Source: Acaryochloris marina MBIC11017 (GTDB taxonomy: Bacteria > Cyanobacteriota > Cyanobacteriia > Thermosynechococcales > Thermosynechococcaceae). Taken from it: DNA of 32,000 bases. Each line of letters starts with the position of its first letter. Position 1 is the first letter of the stretch. Of this stretch, positions 1-9,380 are shown piece by piece. The DNA is taken from contig NC_009930.1 of assembly GCF_000018105.1 (NCBI RefSeq), forward strand, positions 120,001-152,000, in the 5' to 3' direction. The notes under the pieces were generated by a model. The model was not told where the DNA came from. It saw only the letters and a list, made by a program, of their open reading frames with translations, and did no database searches. Position numbers and translations under genes: made by a program.

Positions 1-173
1 TTTGCAGGGGATGCTCAACTATGGATGGATGGAACAGACCATCAGCAATGGGCCAAGCTTACTTTCTGTGGGTGATCCAGCCATGGTGGCTATTATTTAA
101 TTTGCTCACTAAATCGTTTTCTAGGCCTGATTGGCCTATTTCTCAACTAAAGTGAGCTATTGAACTGCCAAGT

Positions 174-761
174 TTATCGCGTAAAAATAACTTGGGCTAA
201 CTTCAAGGTGAATGCATTGCTTGCTTTAGGATCATGAATGTAGCTAGCTAAAGCTTCAATCAGTTTCTCAGGTTTATTCTGCTCAATTTGAGTTAGAGCA
301 TCTTCGATAAGAATTTCAGCCATTGGACCAATATGAACGGCTAACTCTGCTTTACATTGTTCGATAAATTCACTGTCAATGAGCGTAGGAGAGGCCTGAT
401 CAGCTTCGAGCTTTTCACTATACTTGGAATCCTTTGATTTTATTCCTTGCTCTGATGGTTTGGCTGAAGTTGGGGATAACTTCTCATCGGGAGGTGAAGA
501 ATCCTTAGCGTAGACTTTATGAGAAGGCGCAGCATCTTTGGGAATGAAGCGTCGCCAAGCCATGAAATAAGTTGGAAATTCAACCAGGATATATTGACGC
601 CCTTGTGTCCGTGCATCTTTACAAAACTCGATAGCTGCCTGGCGTAACGATTTTCTGAATGATGGTCCAGGCTTAAACCATTTTCCTTGGATAGTAAGGG
701 AGGAAGACTGATCATGCAGCAAACCTTTTGCTTCTAAATCCACTGATTGGATAATGGACAC
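174..761 (-). CDS. hypothetical protein, 195 aa
   Basis: Longest ORF in the region. It has an N-terminal module, a Ser/Pro/Lys/Glu-rich linker and a helical C-terminal module (FIEQCKAELAVHIGPMAEILIEDAL). No catalytic motif recognised. Confidence 0.55.
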   Translation of the reverse strand: MSIIQSVDLEAKGLLHDQSSSLTIQGKWFKPGPSFRKSLRQAAIEFCKDARTQGRQYILVEFPTYFMAWRRFIPKDAAPSHKVYAKDSSPPDEKLSPTSAKPSEQGIKSKDSKYSEKLEADQASPTLIDSEFIEQCKAELAVHIGPMAEILIEDALTQIEQNKPEKLIEALASYIHDPKASNAFTLKLAQVIFTR

Positions 762-1075
762 CCTATTCCCCCTGACCTATATCTTTTCCTATTCAAGATC
801 AAAGACTTGCTCAACTTTAGTATTCCCTTCATTCGAGGCTAACCAAAGCTTTGGCATTTTACTTGCATTATCATTAATCGGTATTTCAGAGCTTTTAATT
901 TGTGATGATTAAGATAGCTATTCAGGTGGAAAGATAGCGTGGCAAGCATACTTTACCTGCATCTGAACCATTCGCATCTACAAAAGTCCCTAGGTCGAAC
1001 GACTTAGGCATTGCGTCAAACCGTACACTTAAACCTCAGTTTTTTTAGGGTGGGTTATTCTAACTGGTACCTTCT

Positions 1076-1333
1076 ATGAAAAGTAAAAAAGGGTATAGAA
1101 AAATGTTCGATTTCGAGGTACAAAGAGAAAAGCTAGAGCATTTGTACTATTCATCACCAAGCTTTCTATCCGACGAAATGATTGAAGCTGAAATAGGGTA
1201 CATCCCCTCAGAAGTCATTGAGGAGGGGGATGATCTCGACCCCCGAAACAACATTGAATCGTCTCCAACGGTCCTTGACCTGATCGGTGAAGCCGTTGAG
1301 CTATGGGTGCTTAAGCGAGGTGGGGATGACTGA
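1076..1333 (+). CDS. small acidic hypothetical protein (85 aa; start may be the internal ATG at 1103)
   Basis: The ORF's TGA (1331-1333) overlaps the next small ORF, which starts at ATG 1326 (ATGACTGA). This suggests a translationally coupled pair. No motif recognised. Confidence 0.35.
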   Translation: MKSKKGYRKMFDFEVQREKLEHLYYSSPSFLSDEMIEAEIGYIPSEVIEEGDDLDPRNNIESSPTVLDLIGEAVELWVLKRGGDD

Positions 1334-1496
1334 GCTTCGCGAGTTTTCCTTCCTCGTCTTGCACACCAGCGGCGAAGAGACCGTTCAGACAGTCGTGAGT
1401 ACTAGTAAGGATCTCGCCGAAAGTGCGCTGCATCGCTGGATCACAGATATCAAATCTCTGCAACCTATGACTTCCGGGGATGAGGAACAGCATTGA
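1326..1496 (+). CDS. small hypothetical protein (56 aa from ATG 1326)
   Basis: Second member of the overlapping small-ORF pair. The track ORF 1287..1496 starts further upstream, but ATG 1326 gives the coupled arrangement. Confidence 0.3.
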   Translation: MTELREFSFLVLHTSGEETVQTVVSTSKDLAESALHRWITDIKSLQPMTSGDEEQH

Positions 1497-1828
1497 CCAG
1501 CATTGACTCAAATTAACTGGACCGTATTGAAGTACTGGTATATCCCAATTGCTCAGATCATCCAGTCTACCGCCCGATCCATTGAGACGATGAGGACACA
1601 ATTTAAGGAAACCAAAAGACTTGCTGATAGAGTATTTCAGCGTATGGACTCTCTAACCCAGTAGCTAACGGTCAGTATGAATAGTCGCAACGAGGATCGT
1701 GATTTACTCCGAGCAATCAAGGCTGGTATCGATAAGTTGCTGAGACGTTCTGAGTAAACATCTATCAATTCACAGATATATATTTAACGCTGGTTCAATA
1801 TACATGAACTGGGCGATGGAGATAACCT

Positions 1829-2242
1829 ATGGCCGATATCCCATCTCTTTCTCTCCCACAACTAGAACTCCTCAGACTTGCTAAAAAACATTCTGTGGAA
1901 GAACTTCGGCTTATCTATGAGTTCCCAGTGCTGGATGATAATGAACTTTCAAGCGGCCATCCACCGTTTATCCAAGAATTGATTGATCACCATTTCATTC
2001 AGGTGCAAGAGAAAGGTACTTCTTTATGTGCTTCGGAGTTTCAACAAGAAAGCTGGACTGAGTACTGTGACGAGATTGACTATCCCAAGCAAACCGATTG
2101 GGACCGATGGCGGCAGGGATTCATTGTCCAACTCAGTGAGGGCTTTGAAAGCCTGATGACTCCAGGAAAAAGCTTGGGGCAATTCTCTAAGGTATGGATC
2201 CGAGAGATTGGCCTTCGAGGGGTTCAGCCAAGTAGTCTGTGA
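1829..2242 (+). CDS. hypothetical protein, 137 aa
   Basis: Clean ORF with no competing frame, followed by a hairpin at 2255-2284. No motif recognised. Confidence 0.5.
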   Translation: MADIPSLSLPQLELLRLAKKHSVEELRLIYEFPVLDDNELSSGHPPFIQELIDHHFIQVQEKGTSLCASEFQQESWTEYCDEIDYPKQTDWDRWRQGFIVQLSEGFESLMTPGKSLGQFSKVWIREIGLRGVQPSSL

Positions 2243-2254
2243 GTGGGGCTTGGG

Positions 2255-2284
2255 GCTTTAATTCGGTTTAACGAAATTAAAGGC
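2255..2284 (+). terminator. hairpin downstream of the 1829..2242 ORF
   Basis: CTTTAATTCG / CGAAATTAAAG near-perfect 10-bp stem starts 13 nt after the stop. There is no U-tract, so terminator function is uncertain. Confidence 0.3.
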
Positions 2285-2485
2285 CGGAGTTGAAATTCAA
2301 CGAGTGATAGGTATCTCTACGTCTATGGTTCAATAGCCATCATTCCCCTCATAGCTGTATGCAACACAGCTCAATGACATGGGGGATGGAGACAGTCTCA
2401 ACCTGAATGTTTTGAGTAATTATTGGGTATAACCGACCGTTCTGTTGGGTGTTGAATATAGAATCTCCAAGCAAGTATTGAAGGG

Positions 2486-2665
2486 TTAAGCAGACTTGGA
2501 CACTTTTCTTAATTGATAATTCAGCAAATCAGTATAAGACAACAAGGGAGAGCCATGATTCCATTGTGCAGGTAGCTCTCCGTTGTAAATAGCTTGGCGA
2601 ATGTCAGTCAGGGTGAGACCGAATAGAGATGTGGCTGCTTCAGGCGAAATTCGGGAGGAAAACAT
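2486..2665 (-). CDS. small helix-turn-helix DNA-binding protein, excisionase/MerR-like (59 aa from ATG 2665)
   Basis: ISPEAATSLFGLTLTDIRQAIYNGELPA resembles the excisionase-family HTH. GGAG lies about 7 nt upstream of the internal ATG at 2663-2665. The track ORF extends to 2719. Confidence 0.45.
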   Translation of the reverse strand: MFSSRISPEAATSLFGLTLTDIRQAIYNGELPAQWNHGSPLLSYTDLLNYQLRKVSKSA

Positions 2666-2930
2666 GATGTCTCCACTAGATGATTGAGGAACGGATACGA
2701 GGAGAACATTCAATGCCAAAGAAATTATAAATATTTAGTTAAAAAAGTATAAAAAAATTAATGTTGTTTTTATGATTAACGGCGGCTTAAACCGATATTG
2801 GACAATCTTCCCTCCTAAATTCTAGGTGTAAGTTTTTAGTCTCGATGTTAGATCTTGAGTCCCTTTGGGCAAAATCAGTCTAATCAGCTATTACGAACCT
2901 GATTACTTCATCAAGGAAATAGGAATATCT

Positions 2931-2970
2931 AGCCCCTATGACGACAAAGGTAGGGGCTGTTTTCTTTCTT
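2931..2970 (+). terminator. rho-independent terminator with no annotated upstream plus-strand gene
   Basis: AGCCCCTA (2931-2938) pairs with TAGGGGCT (2951-2958) around a 12-nt loop, followed by GTTTTCTTTCTT. Confidence 0.45.
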
Positions 2971-3376
2971 AATCGAAAAATGGCTCATGAAGCTTGCGCC
3001 TTAAAAGAAAAAACACCACATTCTTCCCCAAGAGCGGTGTTTTTTCTTGAATGACAATGAATGCCTCAATCAGACTTATTGTTCCCATAGAGGAGAAAAG
3101 GCAAACATCACAAGAATGCCAATGAACAAGACTTAATCATCACAGGGTTATTGGAATTGGGGTGAACGTGGTTAGGAAGCTTTATCACTTCAGATAAATG
3201 AAATTTGAAACGACGTAATTATGTTTGGGGTGAAGCCAATCATCAGGCCAAGCACTAATGTAACTTCAAGCCTACAGATACTCTTCTACCAAAGTGATAA
3301 AAGAGGGCTAAGCAGAAGTGAAGATGCTAAACCATCCTTACTCAACTAGAATTATCCAACTCACATCCAGGTCTGG

Positions 3377-3778
3377 TTAATTGGAGTTGGATAAATCCGT
3401 CTCGTCCTCATCAAAGCGCTTTTGCATCTCAAAGACCTCGATCAGTTCTTTGTTCAGAAAGTAGTTGAGAAAGGTACGAATGATTGCGATGGCACCCAGT
3501 TTCCCGAGTGCCTCAAACGTAGGAGCAACGGTCGTGGCTAAGACATCTGCCCCCAATTGAAACTCCAGAGCTAATGCTAACCATCGTCCAAAAGTTAACC
3601 GCAATCGTCCCAATGGGAACTGTATAGTTGAGCGACGACGGCGCAAATTAACCGAGAGCTTGATGCTCACGAGCAGGCCCAACACAATACAAAAAGCCGC
3701 TACTGCTTCCAGTACTACTTCTAAAAAAGATACGATGATTTCCAAGTTGCCTTGCAAATGGTGGACGACTTCCATCAA
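3377..3778 (-). CDS. DUF1622-like small membrane protein
   Basis: 133 aa with TM helices. The segment GRWLALALEFQLGADVLATTVAPTFEALGKLGAIAIIRTFLNYFLNKE matches the family I remember as DUF1622. Confidence 0.7.
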   Translation of the reverse strand: MMEVVHHLQGNLEIIVSFLEVVLEAVAAFCIVLGLLVSIKLSVNLRRRRSTIQFPLGRLRLTFGRWLALALEFQLGADVLATTVAPTFEALGKLGAIAIIRTFLNYFLNKELIEVFEMQKRFDEDETDLSNSN

Positions 3779-3913
3779 GCTTCAACCTTGACCAGCACAA
3801 CACCCTGCCAAAGAGACTACCCTGTTGTGTACCTTTATTGAGTTATTCTTGCTGGAGGATTGGCAATTCAAGGCCATACCTCCGATTGCTCGGGTGTAGG
3901 GAAGTGACTTAAT

Positions 3914-4032
3914 TAGGTAATACAGATTCTCAGCGGAATCTGAAAGTTTAAGTATGGGGTGCAAGCGGCCACTTTTAGGTGCAATATTGAGTATTGGTAT
4001 CAGGGATGCGATCTCGGCCTAATCCCTAACCC
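3914..4032 (+). repeat. structured dispersed repeat, copy 1
   Basis: TAGGTAATACAGATTCTCAGCGGAATCTGAAAGTTTAAG...GGTGCAATATTGAGTATTGGTATCAGGGATGCGATCTCGGCCTAATCCCTAACCC. 5' hairpin CAGATTC/GAATCTG; 3' hairpin AGGGAT/ATCCCT. Alignable to copies at 9178, 10815 and 12853. Confidence 0.8.
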
Positions 4033-4318
4033 AGCATACCTTCATTCTCTATACCGATCTGAGCCTGCTTTCTTAGTCATGCGGTTCACTCCCCTTTGCC
4101 TTGATACCTTTGAGGGAATGCATCATAGGTGTTTAATGTCAATTAGATAGGCCAAACTTTTTGGTTCTAACTTCATACTTTTAATAGCGGCTCGTGAGTC
4201 GATTTAGATCTTTGCAATATCATCTTGAGATGCCCGAAGAGCGGTCGGAGACCATCGAAAATCATGGTTTTTACCTCAGGTGATCGCGCCATGGACAAAA
4301 TGACAATTATCAATAAAG

Positions 4319-4366
4319 CCACTATTAATAGAGTTGCTTATAAGTAAGCAACTCTATTAATAGTGG
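4319..4366. repeat. perfect 22-bp-stem palindrome inside the IS left end
   Basis: CCACTATTAATAGAGTTGCTTA - TAAG - TAAGCAACTCTATTAATAGTGG, located between the IS terminus and the istB stop (4395). Confidence 0.85.
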
Positions 4367-4394
4367 GGTACAGAGGTTTTATTCTGACTAGAGA

Positions 4395-5192
4395 TCAGCT
4401 GTCAGTCTTTTGAGACTTGGCTGTGTGTTTGGCCGCTTCTTGTTTGCGGAAGCTTTCTGCTTGCATCTCGAAAATGGTGGCGTGGTGAATTAAGCGATCA
4501 ATGGCAGCCACGGTCATCATTGAGTTAGGAAAGATGCTGTCCCATTGACTGAAAGGTTGATTAGCCGTGATGAGTAGGCTCTTTCGCTCATACCGGTGAG
4601 CAATCAACTCAAACAGTACCGAGGTTTCAACATCGGACTTTTGGACATAACCGAGATCATCAATGATAAGCAGATCATAGCGGTCAAGTTTGGACAAGAG
4701 ACTCTGCAATTCCAATTGAAGTTTGGCCAGCTGTAGTTGTTGCACCAGGGTTGTGGCTGTGACAAATTTTACTCGCTTACCCAACTCAATAATAGAAGCT
4801 CCTAATGCAGAGCTGACGTGTGTTTTCCCTGTTCCGCTCGGCCCAAAAATTAGAATGTTGCTACCGGACTCTAGCCAGTGAGTCGTTTGGGCAAACTCCA
4901 TGAGAGCAGCTGGATTAAGGGTGGGAACATGGGCAAACTCAAAATTGGTCCAGGACTTTCCGTAAGGCAGCTGCGCTTCGGTTAGAGCGCGTGAAATCCG
5001 ATTCTGCTCCCGACGGCTGGCTTCGCCTTGAGCTAAAGCCAACAGAAACTGGGCGTAGGACCAATTCTCCTGAGTCGCTTGATGCTCGATGCTCTGCCAC
5101 TCGTCGAGGAAATGCCTCAACCGCAACTGTTTTAGGGTTGTCATCAGCAACTGGTATGGGTTGTCCGGGTCTGCTGTGGAGGAGTTGATCAT
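4395..5192 (-). CDS. istB: IS21-family transposition helper ATPase IstB
   Basis: Walker A FGPSGTGKTH and Walker B LLIIDDLGY. Start taken at MINSS (5192); alternatives are 5258 and 5144. Confidence 0.88.
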   Translation of the reverse strand: MINSSTADPDNPYQLLMTTLKQLRLRHFLDEWQSIEHQATQENWSYAQFLLALAQGEASRREQNRISRALTEAQLPYGKSWTNFEFAHVPTLNPAALMEFAQTTHWLESGSNILIFGPSGTGKTHVSSALGASIIELGKRVKFVTATTLVQQLQLAKLQLELQSLLSKLDRYDLLIIDDLGYVQKSDVETSVLFELIAHRYERKSLLITANQPFSQWDSIFPNSMMTVAAIDRLIHHATIFEMQAESFRKQEAAKHTAKSQKTDS

Positions 5193-6669
5193 AGTCAGAT
5201 AAATCGTGCTGTTGTGAGGTGACGTCAGGATATTGCTCAGTCGAGAGCTTGAATTCAAAGGCTTGTTTTAATCTGCTCAAGGTCAGGGTGGACTGTTCCA
5301 GTTGAGTTTGTAGGTAGTCAGCCACCTGAGATTCTTGATCTTGAGTTGCAGCGATATAGAGGGCTTCGGTGATTAATCGTGCGGCCTGGTCCTGCTCAAA
5401 ATTAGCTTTGAGTGATTCCCACAGCTGATGCCACTGAAGATTGGGCAGTAGCTCTGATTGCCATTGGCAGTAGAGAAACGCGTTTGGCTTTCTCCTGAGA
5501 CTTTCTGCCACATGCTTGTAATCGATGCTGCGAGCGCGTCTTTTCTTCTCAGAGCCATGGACATGGACCCGCGCCAATTCCACTACGGGAGTGGTGCCTA
5601 AGAAACCGACAAGGCGGTCATGGTATAGGTGTAATTTCAAGCGGTGGCCAATTAAGCGAGAGGGGACTGTGTAAAGGACACAGCGGACGGCAATCGTGCT
5701 ATTGCAGCTGACTTTGGCACTGCGCACTTCATAATCAGGAGTTCGGTATCTGGGCAAGGGCTGTAAGGTGGGCAGCTCCAGTGCAAACTTTTTTTGGCAC
5801 TTGGCATTCAGCTTGGCGATGACTTGCTCGATGAACTGCTGATACTCAGCTACCGAGTCAAAGTCAAAGCTGCCTCGACGATACAGGGCTTGGCACAGGC
5901 GTCGTTTGAAATAGCCATGAGACCCCTCTATTCCGCCATTCTCATGAGAGACACCCAGATTGTTGCGTGTTGGCTGCATCCGGTAATGGTCACACAGAGT
6001 CGAATACAACTGGGTCAGCTGGGGATTGCGGCCGCCAGTATTGCGATAAGCCGCACTCAGACTATCGGTACGATGAATCTTGGGCACGCCACCACAGGCG
6101 GTTAGAGCATTTTGTAGCCCTTGGGATAAGCCGATAAAACTTTCTCCGCCTTGAATCACCTGCACGTACTGCCAGCCGCTATAGCTCAGTCGATAGTGAT
6201 ACAAGATATGGTGAAAGGCTTCACCCTGAACCGTCACACTGAAACCTTTGAGCTGAGCGAAGTCTGACTGTCCCATCTCCCCAGGATGATGTTGAATTTT
6301 GAACATCACTTCTTTGGGCTTGCCATGAGCTGCCTTCCATTTAGCGGTTCGGCGTTGCACGGTTCTGATCTTGTCATCATATTGCCCAGGATGGTTCTCT
6401 TGTAAGGTCTCAAATAGAGTAGTCGCTTCTAATCGAGGCTCACGCTCTAACATCGGCTCAAGTTCTAATTCCCATAATCCATCCAGCGGATCTTCACGGG
6501 TTTTCCAGTCATGAGGGCGGCCGCGTTGGGGACGATGAGTACCACTATCAATGCGGTGGGCTGTGCGGGTAGAAATGCCAGCTTTAGCAGCTGCTGTTTC
6601 TTGAGAAGAGCCGGATTGTTTTGTCTGCATATAAAGATGAACCTGTTGAGGTTTAATAGGAGCTGGCAC
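4939..6669 (-). CDS. istA: IS21-family DDE transposase IstA
   Basis: N-terminal HTH (AAAKAGISTRTAHRI). DDE region (SDFAQL ... HRTDSLSAAYRN ... ENGGIEGSHGYFK). The characteristic C-terminal ...DLSDYDQLL is present. The last ~70 codons run out of frame across istB. Confidence 0.88.
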   Translation of the reverse strand: MPAPIKPQQVHLYMQTKQSGSSQETAAAKAGISTRTAHRIDSGTHRPQRGRPHDWKTREDPLDGLWELELEPMLEREPRLEATTLFETLQENHPGQYDDKIRTVQRRTAKWKAAHGKPKEVMFKIQHHPGEMGQSDFAQLKGFSVTVQGEAFHHILYHYRLSYSGWQYVQVIQGGESFIGLSQGLQNALTACGGVPKIHRTDSLSAAYRNTGGRNPQLTQLYSTLCDHYRMQPTRNNLGVSHENGGIEGSHGYFKRRLCQALYRRGSFDFDSVAEYQQFIEQVIAKLNAKCQKKFALELPTLQPLPRYRTPDYEVRSAKVSCNSTIAVRCVLYTVPSRLIGHRLKLHLYHDRLVGFLGTTPVVELARVHVHGSEKKRRARSIDYKHVAESLRRKPNAFLYCQWQSELLPNLQWHQLWESLKANFEQDQAARLITEALYIAATQDQESQVADYLQTQLEQSTLTLSRLKQAFEFKLSTEQYPDVTSQQHDLSDYDQLLHSRPGQPIPVADDNPKTVAVEAFPRRVAEHRASSDSGELVLRPVSVGFSSRRSQPSGAESDFTRSNRSAAALRKVLDQF

Positions 6670-6944
6670 TAGAGGTTCCTAATTGCGTAGGAGTACAAAC
6701 CCTAGTGTCTTTCCTGTATGGGGATATAAAAAATCGAAAGTGACTGATGCTCTCTCTGCAGATGTGATCTCTGGATTGAACTAGATCCTGATTCCTAGAG
6801 AAGACTATGCAATTGACAACCTCTGTCTACGTAATTGTCACTCAACTATCATAGGCGCTCATCTCTAAGCGCATGCCTATCGTTTTGGATAATTCTTCTT
6901 CAGTATTGTCCTCTCTGGGAATGGGTTTGAGATAATTTTATCAG

Positions 6945-7511
6945 TCAGCCCAGGCTATAACTTGTGCAACCCCAGTGTTCCATTTTCGGTATTCGGGGAC
7001 CACACCATCCTCGTTTTTTTAATTCTCTAGCAATAAACAGATTGGTGATGCCATGGCCAACTAAAACAACAGAGCTAGCTTCATAAGATTGCTGTTCTAA
7101 TAATTCGGCAGCTTTTTTCACTCGTTTTTTGATGTGGGCTTGAGATTGAGCATGTGATGAGCAACCCAAACTCAATAGCAACCTATCCAGAAAAAGCCAT
7201 ATATGAAAGGGTAAACGAATATTGATGGGACACTCAAGCCAAAAATCTACTTCACGAAAAATGGGATCACTGACAGGAGGAATGGTAGGTTCAAGGATTT
7301 GGGCAGAGTGCATCGAACGAGGAATATCGCTTGTGAACACTAGTTTTGCTGATTGAACGAGTACTTGAACATCACCTGTAGGAAAGGAGTCACTGGCAAT
7401 CTTAGCTGATTGAATTCGATTAATGACCTGTGGTAACTCGTGACCACCTATCCACCCTTGTGGAGTGATGGTAGGTTTCCCATGTCTTATCAAGGATATG
7501 GTTCTGCTCAT
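6945..7511 (-). CDS. histidine phosphatase family protein (phosphoglycerate-mutase-like)
   Basis: N-terminal LIRHGKP (RHG catalytic motif) and distal VLVGHGITN second-histidine motif. Confidence 0.8.
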   Translation of the reverse strand: MSRTISLIRHGKPTITPQGWIGGHELPQVINRIQSAKIASDSFPTGDVQVLVQSAKLVFTSDIPRSMHSAQILEPTIPPVSDPIFREVDFWLECPINIRLPFHIWLFLDRLLLSLGCSSHAQSQAHIKKRVKKAAELLEQQSYEASSVVLVGHGITNLFIARELKKRGWCGPRIPKMEHWGCTSYSLG

Positions 7512-7761
7512 ATCTCAGAAGTCTATTGTTCATCACTAAAGATAGGCTAGCTCACAATGGAAGATGCCAAATTTAGTTACCAAACTTAGTAGGTAGGCTT
7601 GGGAAGCGTTACTAGAGGGATGCAAGGCTAGTCGGAAGCGGCAGGTGGTTGAGCTACCAGCCGATCTATTGGGTGTAGCAGCTTAGCCCTTGGTCTTATT
7701 CACAAGAGTCCATATCCCCTTAGCTATGAAGCTTAAAGGGTTACTACTTTCGTATTGTCTT

Positions 7762-7769
7762 GCGATCGC
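7762..7769. repeat. HIP1 octamer GCGATCGC
   Basis: Exact match to the highly iterated palindrome of cyanobacteria. Two more copies lie at 23433 and 26381. Confidence 0.9.
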
Positions 7770-8002
7770 AAAACCGCTCATTCCACATTCCCTCCATATC
7801 AGACCTTAACTAGTTAATATAAATCCCCTGTAGAATCTGAGATTTTATCGCTTCAAAAGCAGTCAACGGTATTTCACAGGTAGAATTGCAGAGCTTTCTA
7901 AGCAGCATCTCCAGCAGTCATGTGGATTGTCGCTGCATAAATCATCTCTACCAAGGGTTCGGAGTCTTTTAACTGGAGAAATTCTAAGGAATGAACCACT
8001 CA

Positions 8003-8764
8003 TCAGTTGGCTTTAGATTCCTTAGTAGCTGCATGATAAAGAGGGGTGGCGATGGTTCCAAGTACGTTCAATACGGAAAGTATACTAATCAGCTTCCATG
8101 ATGTTGAAAAATTATCTGGAGCCATAATGTTTCCCAAAAGCACCATGGAAAACATGGCAATAATGCCAAGGGTCACATATCGCACATTCTGGACAGTCTG
8201 ATTGGTTGTATGGATCCTTAATAACAGAGAACAGTGAGCAAAGGCGACTGCAACAACGAGGAAAGAGAAACGAACCTGGAGCAATTCTCCCCAGTTGTTG
8301 ATTTCTTGATTGGCTAAGATAGCCAGATTATTCACGAAAGCCCAAAATCCGCTAAATACTGATACTGCAATACCTATCTGACCAAATCTATGGTGTTGTG
8401 GATGACCAATTAAAGTCGAGCAACACAAACCAGTCATACTGTAGGTTCCTAGAGATACTGTCGTAAGCAAGATAGTGGCTTGGCTGGTATCAAAACTAGA
8501 TGTAATCAGGGAATAGATAGCGGTCAAAGCGCCAAAAATCAAGCACCCAATTAGACTAATTAAAAATAAGCGTCGATAAACAAACCCCTGTGTCGGAAGT
8601 GAGTCAGACTTCTTAAGGTTAGCCTTCGACTTTGCAGAAAGTTCTGAAATCGGTGGAGGTGGTACCAAGATATCTGCGCTACAGCTGGGACAGGTCATCA
8701 ATTGTCCAGATTGCCCATTGCTTGTTTCGATTTTGTAGCCGCAATAGGTGCAGTGAAATTTCAT
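8003..8764 (-). CDS. membrane protein with N-terminal zinc-ribbon
   Basis: CTYCGYK...CPSC (a CxxC...CxxC ribbon) followed by about six hydrophobic helices. Confidence 0.65.
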   Translation of the reverse strand: MKFHCTYCGYKIETSNGQSGQLMTCPSCSADILVPPPPISELSAKSKANLKKSDSLPTQGFVYRRLFLISLIGCLIFGALTAIYSLITSSFDTSQATILLTTVSLGTYSMTGLCCSTLIGHPQHHRFGQIGIAVSVFSGFWAFVNNLAILANQEINNWGELLQVRFSFLVVAVAFAHCSLLLRIHTTNQTVQNVRYVTLGIIAMFSMVLLGNIMAPDNFSTSWKLISILSVLNVLGTIATPLYHAATKESKAN

Positions 8765-9177
8765 GTTGACCTGCTCTGAGGTGCGGTTTTCTGGATTCGT
8801 TCTTTATAAGCAGACTGAGTATAAGGATCATTCCTAGACCCAATGTGCCCACATGATTGGAATCTATGATTGTTCAAAGACATCCCATTATCATCAGCTT
8901 GCCCTAAGAATTGACATAGTTGATCGTTGGGCTAGTATTCTATATCTGCTGTTTAGACATAGAAAACCCACTAAATCCCCTTCTGAATCAAAAATCTCAT
9001 CACCCTAGGCTGTTCACTGAAATGAGATTCATTGAGTACCACTGTGAAATCTTTGCCCGAAGTATTAGAGTAATAGGCCAGTTCAAACAAAAAAACTATC
9101 GTTGGTGATGCTAATTACGAGATTTACTGACCCGAAGGGTCACTCTAGATCAACGGTCATGATTCATCCACAATTAC

Positions 9178-9301
9178 TGAGTAATACAGAATCCGCAGAG
9201 ATTCCAAAAGTTTGAAAGTCTGGGTGAAATGAATAGGTGTAATGTCGGAGTGTTGGTATTGTTCAAGAGTTCGCATTGCCTCACTCCTAATCCCCAACAC
9301 C
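9178..9301 (+). repeat. structured dispersed repeat, copy 2
   Basis: TGAGTAATACAGAATCCGCAGAGATTCCAAAAGTTTGAAAGTCTGGGTGAAATGAATAGGTGTAATGTCGGAGTGTTGGTATTG...CCCCAACACC. Ends 79 nt from the stop of the minus-strand pentapeptide gene. Confidence 0.8.
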
Positions 9302-9380
9302 ACTTCCCCAAAACCTGCTCAATGGGCGAAGACACAGCCGCATCCTACCCAACAGTCAAGGCATATGTCATGCTGTTTTT

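Larger units (their letters stand above)
4301..6840 (-). mobile_element. IS21-family insertion sequence (~2.54 kb)
   Basis: Adjacent istA and istB. Termini TGACAATTA (4301-4309) and TAATTGTCA (6832-6840) form a 9-bp terminal inverted repeat with the TG...CA ends typical of IS21. No flanking direct repeat seen, so the boundaries are provisional. Confidence 0.7.

Noticed and set aside
2-100. Partial plus-strand ORF ending at TAA 98-100 (...LQGMLNYGWMEQTISNGPSLLSVGDPAMVAII)
   Set aside because: Only 32 codons are visible and no motif is present; too little evidence to call a gene end.
3782-4150. ORFs 3782..3964 (-) and 3959..4150 (+) as genes
   Set aside because: Both lie on copy 1 of the dispersed repeat. 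Their similarity to ORFs at the other copies comes from the repeated DNA, and the shared frame is broken by indels and a stop in copy 3.
4293-6848. Target-site duplication flanking the IS21 element
   Set aside because: The flanks GGACAAAA (4293-4300) and CTCAACTA (6841-6848) do not match, so no duplication can be claimed and the exact IS ends remain provisional.
7717-7760. CGTATTGTCT (7751-7760) as a TrwC-type nic site. Together with CCCAGAATTTAAAG in box 3, it resembles the two halves of the R388 oriT nic region as I remember it (GTGCGTATTGTCT/ATAGCCCAGATTTAAGG).
   Set aside because: The comparison rests on memory of the R388 sequence. A specific 10-mer is expected by chance about 0.06 times in 64 kb of two-strand sequence. 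The nearby imperfect hairpin (7717-7740) is not at the R388 distance from the putative nic. The site is 8 kb from the relaxase, inside cargo DNA. The box occurs five times, which fits a promoter or operator better than a nic site. It is worth one oriT-mobilisation test but is not claimed.
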